DNA of 62,957 bases, filler included, from Octopus bimaculoides (lineage: Eukaryota), in assembly GCF_001194135.2 (NCBI RefSeq). It is 6 parts of 6 records of this genome, joined end to end, with 100 filler letters (N's around TTAATTAATTAA, not from the genome) between each part and the next. Parts side by side here need not be neighbours in the genome. Positions count along the whole stretch, not along the records: positions 22,936 to 43,870 come from NC_068995.1; positions 43,971 to 47,883 come from NC_068983.1; positions 47,984 to 56,827 come from NC_068996.1; 3 more parts are not named here. One strand, 5' to 3'. Shown here one piece after another: positions 37,535 to 50,866 of the stretch; the stretch's first letter is position 1; the number at the start of each line of letters is the position of its first letter. The translations under genes were made by a program, and so were the position numbers. Below the pieces are notes generated by a model that worked only from the letters and a program-made list of their open reading frames with translations, had not been told where the DNA came from and did no database searches.

Positions 37535-38142
37535 ATTTAAAACTAAGAATATAATATACCCTCAAGCATTAGAAATGTTTCTGATTAGAAAATTAATTCA
37601 TTTAGTGTAATAATGGAAATTAATAAAGTAATTTGTAAAAGGCATGTTTTTGCAAAACTAATAAAATGTGTGTGAGAAATAATAATTCTAGGTTGAATAA
37701 TGGAATAGTTCCTAGCAAATGTATATGAATTGTTAAAATACAACACTTCTGAGTGAATCAGCTTTCGAAAGCTGAATGAATTTTGCTAACTGCTTTATAA
37801 AGTAAATTTTCCTTTAGGAAATAATAAACCCTTCAAAGAACGGATATAGATAGCATTAATTAGATGTAAATGAACTCCATTCATAATGTTCAAGAAAAGC
37901 AACGACATCGAATTTAATGCAATCCTTAATACAGACTTGTAAGATACATGGAAAACGTGGTCCGAATTCACCAAGGGAAGAAACTTCACGTGATTTGTAT
38001 GATTTCGCTAAATGCATCACTTGGCACATGATGTTTACTCGGGTGAAAATGCTCTTGAAGACATACTGGCTGTGACGATTGTTGAATTACAAAATGACTA
38101 TTCAAAGATGCCGTGGTGGGTCGATCTAACATCACCAATGTT

Positions 38143-39130
38143 AACAGTCGGCTGAAACGTTTATAGAATGACCAGAATACTGTTATGAAATGCGACCAAA
38201 TGACGTTTATCTATCAACAAATTCGCCCTTGTGGTTCATACAAAACTCCCTTTCGTGTTGCAGCGCTTGGGTCCCAATGGTAAGGATTCCATTAGTGAAG
38301 AAGTAGCATTTATCCTGGTCAAAAAAGTCATTAAGTCATTAACAGCAGATATGGCGTTATCATTACAGCGATTCTGGGGCATGTGTTTTTCATGTTGGGG
38401 GAAAGATGATAATGAGATGGGAACATATCAGGAGAATAAAGAGGGAGATCAACCAATTCAAAGTCATATTCACTCACAGCAGCAACAGAAACCAAGAACT
38501 TGCACGCTGGAGCATTGTCCTGTTGAAACATAACCCCTTTTGTCAGTTTGCCAGGGCATTTGATAGCCTTTCGTAACTGCCTCAGCAATTTGGCATGAAT
38601 ATTCTCCATTGATGGTGTAGCTCTTCTGAAGATAGTCAACCAGCATAATGCCTTTTGCACCCCCAAAAATCGAGCCCATCACCTTCCATAACTTTACCCT
38701 CTTTGGAATAGGTATGGTGAAATGTTTCCACTGCAAGTCCCTTTGTCTCTGGGTCAAAGTGGTTAAGCTAACACTCATTTTGGGTTAGGAATCGTTCACG
38801 GAAACCAGTAAGATATGCCTGAAACAGTGTCAAATTTTCTTGTGATGCGATGAGCCTGGTGCGCTTTTGATCAGATGACGTGGCACCAACCGAAGAGAAA
38901 TTCTTTTTATGCTAAGTTCATTGCGCAGAATATTATTAACTTTCTCACGGAATATGCTAATAGCTATTTTCAAGAGAGGTGGTTACTGCTTACCTTTGAA
39001 CAGTCAGATGTCAGTTTATCTGCAAAGAGATTATACAGTTATTAACAACATTTGAAATGAATGAATGCAAGATTTTAAAGCTCTAGCATCACTCCTTCAT
39101 AGTCAGCGTAGCCACTTTTCAGCTCATAAT
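38143..39130 (-). mobile_element. Decayed mariner (DD34D-type) transposon, near full length
   Basis: NILRNELSIKRISLRLVPR, KVMGSIFGGAKGIMLVDYLQK, GVMFQQDNAP, LPLYSPDMFPSHYHL. Degenerate TIRs near 38147-38172 and 39103-39126. Confidence 0.85.
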
Positions 39131-39301
39131 AGTATGTTTATTTGTTTATTTGTTCGTACCTATGTATGTATGTATGTATGTATGTATGTATGTATATATG
39201 TATGTATGTATGGATGGATGGATGGATGGCTAGATGGATGGATGGATGGGTGGATGAATGTATGTGTATATGTTTTGCCTATCACTCTATTTCTCTCACT
39301 T

Positions 39302-39337
<36 letters not shown>

Positions 39338-39969
39338 CCTATCTGTTTATCTATCTATACAAAGCTAAAACATGAAAGTCACACAAACAATTGCATGCAT
39401 ATAATATGTACATATAAAGGTGTATGTATGTATGTATTTATATATATGGAAAATGCATGCATGTTTTCTATAGATCACGATTTTGTACCTAAGTAACTGA
39501 AAATTTGCATGGCGACCCATCTGTGGATAAACCGCATGAAAGTTTGATATTTGTTATTTTCTAAGCGGGAAACACATCAAAATTGAAAATTAAGAACATT
39601 GTTTACATGTAAGCGTTAGGAAATGTTACTGAGTAGAATGTGAATTCGTTTACACTTACTAAAAATATTAATGCTGCAAATTGAAAAAGGCATAGAAAAA
39701 TAAAAGTAGAAAGGCGCATATTTACCCAAAAGATAATAAACTCCAAATGTACAATTTTAATTTACGTTGTATATTTAAAAAAATAAATTGTACATTATCC
39801 GAATTTCTTCGTTTGAACAGTTTTGAATGAGTCAACATTTCAGGAAAAACTGAACAGAAAGCTATAAAATACGAATAAAGACGTGTGTATCCATGGAAAA
39901 GTATGCATTTGAATATACTATGGCGTAATAATTGCTGAAACTAAACATTTGAAAAATAAATAAACAATA

Positions 39970-40372
39970 TAGGCGCAGGAGTGGCTGTGTGGTAAGTAGC
40001 TTGCTTACTAGCCACATGGTCTCGGGTTCAGTCCCACTGTGTGGCACCTTGGGCAAGTGTCTTCTACTATAGCCTCGGGCCGACCAAAACCTTGTGAGTG
40101 GATTTGGTAGACGGAAACTGAAAGAAGCCCGTCGTATATATGTATGTGTGTGTATATGTTTGTGTGTCTATGTTTGTCCCCCCAACATCGCTTGACAACC
40201 GATGCTGGTGTGTTTATGTCCTCGTAACCTAGCGGTTCGGCAAAAGCGACCGATAGAATAAGTACTAGGCTTACAAAGAATAAGTCCTGGGGTCGATTTG
40301 ATTCGACTAAAGGCGGTGCTCCAGCATGGCCGCAGTCAAATGACTGAAATAAGTAAAAGAGTAAAAGAGTAA
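39970..40372 (+). mobile_element. SINE family 1, full-length, close to consensus
   Basis: aggcgcaggagtggctgtgtggtaag...ggttcagtccc...(TA/TG)n...gactgaaataagtaaaagagtaaaagagtaa. Confidence 0.92.
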
Positions 40373-41049
40373 GAGCACAAGGGAAGGAAATGGACAAAAC
40401 AACAAGAAAAAGAAAAACTAATTTTACTGCTAAACTGAAAAGTCTCCGTATCTGGTTTACAAAATATTTATTACTAATCTTTCTCATTACTCACTTTATG
40501 AAACTCCAACGCAAGAGTGTTTACACCAGAGAATTCCGGTAATTTCGCATAATAACTTATGAATGAGTCCCCTTATTAAGGGAATTATCCGTAAATTTTG
40601 AACCTTCCGATGAAAATAGGATCTGTATCTCACAACTTATTCTGATTACAATGTTTCATCATAATCGATCAATTTTAATCTGACGTCGACATTTCTTTCC
40701 GAGAAGAATGTGGAATGCGTGTGTTCATATACCTTCCTCTCGCTGCCGAGACCACAAAAGTTCTTTGTTAGTATATTTATTGCTATTGGTTAAAATAGGG
40801 TAACAATTTCTAAAATTTAATATGTTTTTCCTATTCTGATTTACGAATTAAAAATGGGATGGTCACAACCAGAACGCCTCTAATCATAGGGAAGTTCAAA
40901 CTGAACAGAACCAAAACTAAACAAAAACAACGACGATGGCTACAAAAAAACAAAAACAAAAAAAAAAAAAANNNNNNNNNNAAAAAAAAAAAAAAAAAAA
41001 ACAGGATATGTCGACGACAGCTTAATTTTAGCAGTGTATATCTCCCCGA

Positions 41050-41425
41050 AGATTACATATACTTTGGGGATCTATCAACATGAGAATTATAGTCTATGCA
41101 GCTGAACAAATGCATTTTATGACAATGGAAGTAGAAACATGGATTACAGGGTTCATATCTCATAGGTCGTGTAATCAAGTGCAAAAAAAGTACAGCATTA
41201 TGCTGTGTTTGGCAGCAAAACCTATTAATTTGTAGGCCAACATCTACCACGCTGTGGAAAGTGCGTCAGTGAACATTATGACAGACGTCGTGTCAATCGG
41301 CAGAGTACGCTCTGTGATGCCGTAGGCTTTCAAAACAATAAACTCCAGTGTCCTTAATTTTCTAACACAATTCAAATATACTCTAGCCATATTGGCATGG
41401 GTTGAAGCTCGGGATGTACTCAGCC
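41050..41425 (-). mobile_element. Probable decayed DNA-transposase fragment (family uncertain)
   Basis: Stop-riddled frame ending CFYFHCHKMHLFSCIDYNSHVDRSPK resembles transposase C-terminal motifs. Weak. Confidence 0.3.
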
Positions 41426-41497
41426 CGAATACATACATACATACATACATACATACATACAAACATAGATACATAAATACATAGATAGATAGATAGA

Positions 41498-41529
<32 letters not shown>

Positions 41530-41579
41530 CATAAAGGCATGCATAGACCCATTTATAATATGTTATGAGTGTATGAGTG

Positions 41580-41610
<31 letters not shown>

Positions 41611-41801
41611 NNNNNNNNNNNNNNNNNNNNNNNNNNNNNNNNNNNNNNNNNNNNNNNNNNNNNNNNNNNNNNNNNNNNNNNNNNNNNNNNNNNNNNNNNN
41701 NNNNNNNNNNNNNNNNNNNNNNNNNNNNNNNNNNNNNNNNNNNNNNNNNNNNNNNNNNNNNNNNNNNNNNNNNNNNNNNNNNNNNNNATATACATATACA
41801 T

Positions 41802-41848
<47 letters not shown>

Positions 41849-41879
41849 CATACACACACACAAACACACACACACACAC

Positions 41880-41918
<39 letters not shown>

Positions 41919-41963
41919 GATACATATGTATATAAGAAAACGGGATGACAATGGAGCAAATAA

Positions 41964-42011
<48 letters not shown>

Positions 42012-42448
42012 ATGTGTGCTGGGTGTTGATAGTGTTTATATGTTTGTGTCTCTGTGTCTATGCTTGACACTTGACAAACGTCGTTGGTGTGCTTCGGTCT
42101 CCGTAAGATAACTGCGGCACAAGAATCTGATAGAATACCAGGGTTAAAAAATAAGTATTGGGATCGATGTTTTCGGCTAAGAATTCTCTGAGACGGCCTC
42201 ATTCTAATGAATGAAAAAAAGTAAGAGATGAAAAGTTAATACACACTTTCTATCTCTCTCTCTCTCTCTCTCCCCTCTTTGTCTCACACACCCACACACA
42301 CACACACATTCACACACACACATTCACACACACACACACGCAAACGCACGCAAACACACGTGTATATATGTGCGTGTTTATGTGCGCGTGCCAGTGATTG
42401 TATGTGCGTGTATGTGTGTGTTTGTGTGTGCGTGTATGTGTGTGTGTG

Positions 42449-42489
<41 letters not shown>

Positions 42490-44011
42490 AACTGGGATTC
42501 TGATTTCTGTGTTATTATTACTATAAGAGCCAATTGTCTTTCGTTCGACCGAAATTCTTTATTGAACACGGTCATTCAGCGCATTCCACAATCTTTGATT
42601 GCGTTTACGTACCTTTCCAAGACAGTCTAGTGACTCACCTGTGTCTTCTTGAATGCGGTACATACCAGCGATAATATACATTCACACCAAAGCAACTATA
42701 CCTCTCTGCGTGTAAGTGCGTACTTGCGCAGACAAAAGCTACTTCAGTTTTAGAAGCCTTCCTAGAAAAACAGCAAGTCTCCCTCACATCATACTCTAAT
42801 GTCTTACCGCTTTAAACTTAATTTACATTGTATAATGTGGTATTGGATTCTCTGCTCATAGGAGAAAAATGATGAAACTGTCACGTATTGACTACCTTTG
42901 ATTATAGTTCTGGTCGACGTAACGTTCAGCTGAGGTCAACTAACAGCGCGAGCAAAACCCGTTGCATATTGGAGAATGTATTATAGTCCCCGAATAGGTG
43001 TTCTGAGTCACCGCCTTAACAGAATTTAGTCAACTATATCAAACCTAGTACATGCTTAAGTCTAATACACATTTTATTGATTGATTTCTTAGTAACACTA
43101 TGTTTTTGGACGGAGCAAAAGTGACAATCCCGAGTTTTAGACCGGTGTAAATATAATTACACCCATAGCAACACGCAAAGGTTTTGGTCTGGACAAAACT
43201 ATGATAGAATGTAATTGTCGAAAGTGTTTCACTGTTGGGTCGAACCCACCAACGTATCGTTGCGATGTAAACGACTTAAACATAGAGTTAACATTCGCTT
43301 GTGGATTGCAAGTTGTTACGCAGCTGCCTAATGTGGGCAAGAAAAACTGTTTATGTAAAAGATCTGAGAACTTTAAAAGGCTTCAAACAGGAGTTCGATC
43401 CCCGTGGAGAGTGTGAAACATTCACAGATTGAAATATAACGAATAAGGAAGAATAATATCTGTGTTGTACATAAATCATTCAACGACAACCACTTGTAAT
43501 AAATTTTCAAGTCATGTACAAACAAACGAGCAAAAATCTTTGCTTTATCCCAACTATAGCGTGAATACACACGTGCACACACCAACACATATATGTATAT
43601 ATATATATAGATATACATATGTGTGTATGCTCGTATCCCTGTATTTTAGTCTGCATGTGTGCGTGTGTGCGTGTGCGCATGTGCGTCTATGTAATTGTGT
43701 ATGTGTGTGTGTGCGTGCGTGTGTGTAGTTGTGTCTGTGTTGTCAATAAACAACCTGTTCTTTCATCTGCTGTGGTTTTAGATTAGAACAATGAAGTTTC
43801 AATGTTATGGATTTTAAAACATATCCAGCGAAAATTTCTGTTTCTTTTTTTGTTTGTTACGACTCCATAANNNNNNNNNNNNNNNNNNNNNNNNNNNNNN
43901 NNNNNNNNNNNNNNTTAATTAATTAANNNNNNNNNNNNNNNNNNNNNNNNNNNNNNNNNNNNNNNNNNNNAAATAATGTTAATAATTCCTCATCTCTTAA
44001 ATATAGAACTG

Positions 44012-44046
<35 letters not shown>

Positions 44047-44444
44047 ATCATCATCATCATCATTTAGCATCTGCTTTCCATGCTGGCATGACCACGTGCT
44101 GTCAATAGCTGACCATGTGCCATCAATAATGACGGCTAATTATAGCATTTTATATATAAACAAAGTGCATTGTAAGGTACATAATAATCATACATACAAA
44201 CATTTACATACTTCCCTTGTACACACACATACACGCATATACTCACACAGAGTTGAAACGCTGATTTCCCCCCTTCTCCTTATTCATCTATCACCCCTCC
44301 TTTTCTCTCATTGCTATTACTTTCTCTCACTCCCTCTCAGTCAGGGTTGTTACTCTCACTACTTCTCCTTCACTGAATTACTATTTTCTCTCCTCCTCTG
44401 TGTCCAGCGTGATTCCGGACAAATATATATATATTCTTTTATTG

Positions 44445-44636
44445 TTTTATTTGTTTCATTCATTTGACTGTGGCTATGCTGCAGCACCACCTTTAGTCAA
44501 ACAAATCAACCCCACTTATTCTTTGTAAGCCTAGTACTTATTCTATCAGTTTCTTTTGCCAAGCTGCTAAGTTACAGGGATGTAGACATACCAACATCTG
44601 TTGTCAAGCGATGGTGGGGAGACAAACACAGACACA

Positions 44637-44673
<37 letters not shown>

Positions 44674-44835
44674 GATGGGCTTCTTTCAGTTTCCGTCTAC
44701 CAAATCTACTCATAAGGCTTTGGTCAGCCCGAGGCCATAGTAGAATATACATGCCCAAGGTGTCACATAGTGGGACTGAACCCAGAACTATGTGGCTGGT
44801 AAGCAAGCTACTTACCACACACCCACTCCCGCGTC
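44445..44835 (-). mobile_element. SINE family 1, near full length
   Basis: Reverse complement of the family 1 head, core and tail. Confidence 0.88.
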
Positions 44836-47319
44836 TGTACAAATATATTAAAACACTACACTCATTATCATATCAGGATATCTATATCTATATCTATATC
44901 TATCTATCTATATATATATATATATATATATATAACTGTTATAACAACATTACCAACCACTACAGTTAGCTGATTTATTAACTGACAGTATTAACCACAA
45001 CATGCCACTGATGTGCCACCAACATTATCAACTTCTACTCTGATAACTGCTAAAAACATAGTAGTACCTTACAACACAGGACTTCATACAACCAACACAA
45101 GCAACACATACATTCAACAGCTGCATCAATTGACTAAGGCATTGGTAGTGGTCGTTGATAACTAAACTAATACTGCTGGTACACAAACAAACATTAATTG
45201 ACACACAAGTAGCNNNNNNNNNNNNNNNNNNNNNNNNNNNNNNNNNNNNNNNNNNNNNNNNNNNNNNNNNNNNNNNNNNNNNNNNNNNNNNNNNNNNNNN
45301 NNNNNNNNNNNNNNNNNNNNNNNNNNNNNNNNNNNNNNNNNNNNNNNNNNNNNNNNNNNNNNNNNNNNNNNNNNNNNNNNNNNNNNNNNNNNNNNNNNNN
45401 NNNNNNNNNNNNNNNNNNNNNNNNNNNNNNAATATATACTATGGTAATGAATAGCAAGATTTGTTCTATTTTACATGCATCTATTTGTGTATAGATGTGT
45501 GCATATTTGTACATATACACATGCATGCACACATGCATACATATACATGTGCATTCATGCATTTGTGCATGAATGAACATGTGCATGCACATACACACAC
45601 ATATGCATGCATGTGCACATGTGTACACACACATACACACTGTATACAGGAGTTGCTGTAATAGGCACAGGAGTGGCTGTGTGGTAAGTAACTTGCTTAC
45701 CAACCACATGGTTCTGGGTTCAGTACCACAGTGTGACACCTTGGGCAAGTGTCTTCTATTCTGGCCTCGGACTGACCAAAGTCTTGTGAGTGGATCTGGT
45801 AGACAGAAACTGAAAGAAGCTCGTCTTATATATATATATATNNNNNNNNNNNNNNNNNNNNNNNNNNNNNNNNNNNNNNNNNNNNNNNNNNNNNNNNNNN
45901 NNNNNNNNNNNNNNNNNNNNNNNNNNNNNNNNNNNNNNNNNNNNNNNNNNNNNNNNNNNNNNNNNNNNNNNNNNNNNNNNNNNNNNNNNNNNNNNNNNNN
46001 NNNNNNNNNNNNNNNNNNNNNNNNNNNNNNNNNNNNNNNNNNNNNNNNNNNNNNNNNNNNNNNNNNNNNNNNNNNNNNNNNNNNNNNNNNNNNNNNNNNN
46101 NNNNNNNNNNNNNNNNNNNNNNNNNNNNNNNNNNNNNNNNNNNNNNNNNNNNNNNNNNNNNNNNNNNNNNNNNNNNNNATGTGTGTGTGTGTGTGTGGAC
46201 ATTATACACGCACACAAACACACACACATTCATCATCATCATCGTCGTTTAACGTCCGCTTTCCATATATATATATTCTTTTCTATTCTAGGCACAAGGC
46301 CCCGAAGTTTTTGGTGAAGGGGCCAGTCGATTAGATTGGCCCCAGTATGCAACTGGTACTTAATTTATATACCCCAAAAGGATAAAAGGCAAAGTCAACC
46401 TCGGCAGAATTTTAACTCAGAATGTAAAGACAGATAAAATACGGCTAAGCATTTTACCCAGCATGCTAACATTTCTGCCAGCTCGCCACCTTACACATAT
46501 ATATATATATATTACATGCACACAGGCATACATAGGCAAACATACATACAAACGCACAAACACCTACACCCACATACACATGAATGAATGAGTGAATGAA
46601 TGAATGAATAAATAAATGAACGAATGAATGAACAAACATATGAATGGAAACTGTGCTGAAATTTAACAACAACAACAAAGTACATTGAAAGAGAAAAGTC
46701 TTTTGATAGTAAAAAAAAATTTGGGAGTGTTGGTCAGGTGGAGAGAATGTAGCATTGAATACTTGCTTTATTCAGATGTTGCTCACCTTATTCTAATGAA
46801 GCAGTTAAAGTGATGAAATACAATTTGCTTTAGTACTGGAAGACAATTATAAGTGAATGGCATGGCCTTTATTTAATGTATCCGATGTTCTTTTACTTGA
46901 TCAACATAGGATCAATGATGTATCAGGCCTACGTTTAATAGAAATGTAGGTTTAACAGTGTATTTACAGCATTGTCATTATGCCTGTGAATGTAAGTGTG
47001 TGTGTGTGTAGCTGCTGCTGCCAACGTGACTCAGCAACAATAAGAAGGAAACAAAGCACCAGCACCATGTAATTTTTGTAAGAAAAACATGTCAGCTACC
47101 AGAACAGGTATCTTGAAAGATTAATCTAATTTTATTTAATTCAGTTTATTTTCCCTTTTACAGCAGCATGACTAAATCATCTTTTTAAAGCAATTGAAAC
47201 TGGTAGCGTATTTTAATAAAAATGTAAATACTTTCTTACTTTTATTCATAATAAAGTTGTCAAAGCATTTTCTTCTTTCTGTCTTTTAATATACATGCAT
47301 GCATGCATGCATACATACA

Positions 47320-47353
<34 letters not shown>

Positions 47354-47589
47354 CATACATACAGAATGTCTACATATTCAACTTTAAGCATGAGAATACA
47401 TACATAAAACATACAAATCTGCACCAACATACATACATACATACATACATACAAAAAAAAATACCTTGTTGTTGATGTTGAAATTCCAATGAAGGAGCCT
47501 TGGATCTAGGTTAGAAACCAGTTCTTTCTCTCTTGGCAAGAAATCTTGAAATAAAACTGAATAATGACATACATACATACATACATACT

Positions 47590-47883
47590 TACGACGGAGG
47601 TACGGCAGCACAGAAGAAATCTGGTCTCCATGTGGCTTGACTATAAAAAAGCCTTCGACTCTGTCCCCCATTCGTGGATGCTAGAAGCCCTCCGACTTGC
47701 TAAAGTCCCAGTGAACTTGATTAATGCCATATGTAACCTGACGTCTTCCTGGGCCACCATTGTGAAGTTAAATACAGTAAGTGGATGTATCACCAGCAAA
47801 AAAATACAATATCGCAGGGGGATATTCCAAGGAGACAGCCTCTCTGTGATGCTGTTCATACTGTCGGTAAGCCCATTATCATT
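47590..47883 (+). mobile_element. R4/Dong-type reverse transcriptase fragment
   Basis: RRNLVSMWLDYKKAFDSVPHSW...RRGIFQGDSLSVMLFILSVSPLS. Truncated by a gap. Confidence 0.85.
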
Positions 47884-47997
47884 NNNNNNNNNNNNNNNNN
47901 NNNNNNNNNNNNNNNNNNNNNNNNNNNTTAATTAATTAANNNNNNNNNNNNNNNNNNNNNNNNNNNNNNNNNNNNNNNNNNNNATATATATATATAT

Positions 47998-48028
<31 letters not shown>

Positions 48029-49653
48029 TTGATAGAAAGGACAACAAAAGAAAGAGATCTCGATATTATGTAAATAGAGGAATTTATCTGTAAAAATGTG
48101 ACACTTATACGGTAGCCTTATAAAACTCAGAGTTTCGGATGCCGGAGTGGGAACCCACGCCAACATCTCTTCAGTCATCCGGCCATTGAAAGTTCCTGTG
48201 AAAAATGACCGTTAAACAAAGGGAAATTACTGTGTGGTTGACCGTTATTAAGACAAAAGAGCTATAGACCCCTAAGTAAGGGGAGGGGTAAAAGTAAGGG
48301 AGTAAAAAAGTCTATAGTGTTCGCGTAAGCGCACCAATCCGTATATGTATATACTAAACCACCCTCGCTTGAAACACACACATGCTCACTCATATACTCG
48401 CCAAAAACTATACATATATGTACATATACATATATATACCCGTATACACGGGTATACCCGCATAGACACCCCTACACACACGCACTCAACAACCTCACAC
48501 CCATACACACGTACGCAAAAAAAAAATTTGCTTTAGCCCTATATCACACAACACATCACATCACAATACACTACCACGCACACACCAGCACTGACCAATT
48601 CCCATCCCCAGATTTTCACACCTTCATACCTACATACACACATGCATACGTTAAGATCACCAGCATTCTCTCACACACACGCATCTTCGTTTTGGGATCA
48701 CTACTACTTTGTTATCTTCCCTTCTTCTTAACTCTCCTGTGTGACTCTTCTGTCCGGCATTCACCATGATAAATCGCTGACCACTACACATTTTCTTTTT
48801 CTCTCCTTGTTTCTCTCCTTATTTCTTTTTGTGTTCCTTTCTGTTGAAGAGCGTAGGCTCGAAACATTAAAGACTTTCTCTATTCCCGAGCGTTATTCTA
48901 ATACATCCATTTGTTGTNNNNNNNNNNNNNNNNNNNNNNNNNNNNNNNNNNNNNNNNNNNNNNNNNNNNNNNNNNNNNNNNNNNNNNNNNNNNNNNNNNN
49001 NNNNNNNNNNNNNNNNNNNNNNNNNNNNNNNNNNNNNNNNNNNNNNNNNNNNNNNNNNNNNNNNNNNNNNNNNNNNNNNNNNNNNNNNNNNNNNNNNNNN
49101 NNNNNNNNNNNNNNNNNNNNNNNNNNNNNNNNNNNNNNNNNNNNNNNNNNNNNNNNNNNNNNNNNNNNNNNNNNNNNNNNNNNNNNNNNNNNNNNNNNNN
49201 NNNNNNNNNNNNNNNNNNNNNNNNNNNNNNNNNNNNNNNNNNNNNNNNNNNNNNNNNNNNNNNNNNNNNNNNNNNNNNNNNNNNNNNNNNNNNNNNNNNN
49301 NNNNNNNNNNNNNNNNNNNNNNNNNNNNNNNNNNNNNNNNNNNNNNNNNNNNNNNNNNNNNNNNNNNNNNNNNNNNNNNNNNNNNNNNNNNNNNNNNNNN
49401 NNNNNNNNNNNNNNNNNNNNNNNNNNNNNNNNNNNNNNNNNNNNNNNNNNNNNNNNNNNNNNNNNNNNNNNNNNNNNNNNNNNNNNNNNNNNNNNNNNNN
49501 NNNNNNNNNNNNNNNNNNNNNNNNNNNNNNNNNNNNNNNNNNNNNNNNNNNNNNNNNNNNNNNNNNNNNNNNNNNNNNNNNNNNNNNNNNNNNNNNNNNN
49601 NNNNNNNNNNNNNNNNNNNNNNNNNNNNNNNNNNNNNNNNNNNNNNNNNNNNN

Positions 49654-49701
<48 letters not shown>

Positions 49702-50208
49702 GTGTATTTGTGTGTTTGTATGAGATGAGAATGTTATGTGTGTGTCATTGTGAATGTATATCTGTTTGAGGTGGAAGAGAACAATATCCGAGAATTTCGT
49801 TCTATCAAACATCTTAGTCTCCTTTCTTCTACTAAAACAAGTCAATAAAATATCTTCCTGTTTCTTTCTCCACCGTATCACTCATCCTCTCTGTCTATCT
49901 CTATTTAATCCGTCTTAGTTAAAACTGTTCAGTCGAGTTTACAACTCTATGTTTATATTCCAACTTCAACTTCACACTTACAAACAAACCAAAAAAAAAG
50001 AGAAAAGAATCGTTTTGTCTGCAAGTATGTAGAATCCACGCGCCATTCCACACACGCACACACATGCCCTCGCGGGCGTATACACCTCTTACCTAGATTC
50101 CTTTCATCAAACTTTTTTTTTACTACTTTGCCTTTACTGAATTCTCTCTCTCTCCCTCCCTCCCTCTCTCTCTCCCTCCCTCCCTCTCNNNNNNNNNNAT
50201 CTATCTAT

Positions 50209-50269
<61 letters not shown>

Positions 50270-50271
<2 letters not shown>

Positions 50272-50866
50272 CCAAAATTGGCAAATGTTGGAATCCGTGG
50301 AAAACTTCTACACTGGATTAAGTATTTCTTGGAGAATAGAACACAAGAAGTTATGGTCGATGGAGTCCACTCAAGCCCAGCAAAAGTCACTAGTGGTGTC
50401 CCTCAGTGGACTGTCTTGGGGCCCGCACCTCTTTATAATTTATATAAATGACCTTTCCAGCATCGTAAATCACTGCAAAATGAAAATATTTGCTGATGAC
50501 ACTAAGCTCCAGCAAATCATCAAAGAACAAGAAGACCGAAGCCGACTCCAGACTGATCTATATGCTGTGAGTCCATAGGCAGATAAAAACAAAATGAAAC
50601 TGAACGAGGGAAAATTTGAGAGGATGCATTTTGGAAAAAAGTCCACACTAAAACAGCCATACTCCCTTTCTTCAGGGGAACCGCTCACGGCATCCAACAA
50701 TATCAGAGATCTGGGTGTAATTGTTGACAACAATCTCAATTGGAGTGCCCACATCAACAATAAGGTCAATATAGCTCGTAGGATGAGCTCCTGGATCTTA
50801 AGAAACTTCCGGTCCAGAGAACAAGGTGTCATCATTCCGCTTTTCTCCTCCTTTGTACGGCCACAC
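50270..50866 (+). mobile_element. CR1/L2-group LINE reverse transcriptase fragment
   Basis: GIRGKLLHWIKYFL...VTSGVPQWTVLGP.LFIIYINDL...IFADDTKL...RDLGVIVDNNLNWSAHI...FVRPH, with one frameshift and one stop. Confidence 0.9.

Noticed and set aside
46783-46831. Minus-strand candidate exon ending AATAAG|gtgagc
   Set aside because: The splice motifs are plausible, but there is no partner exon or recognisable peptide, and such motifs arise by chance in AT-rich DNA.
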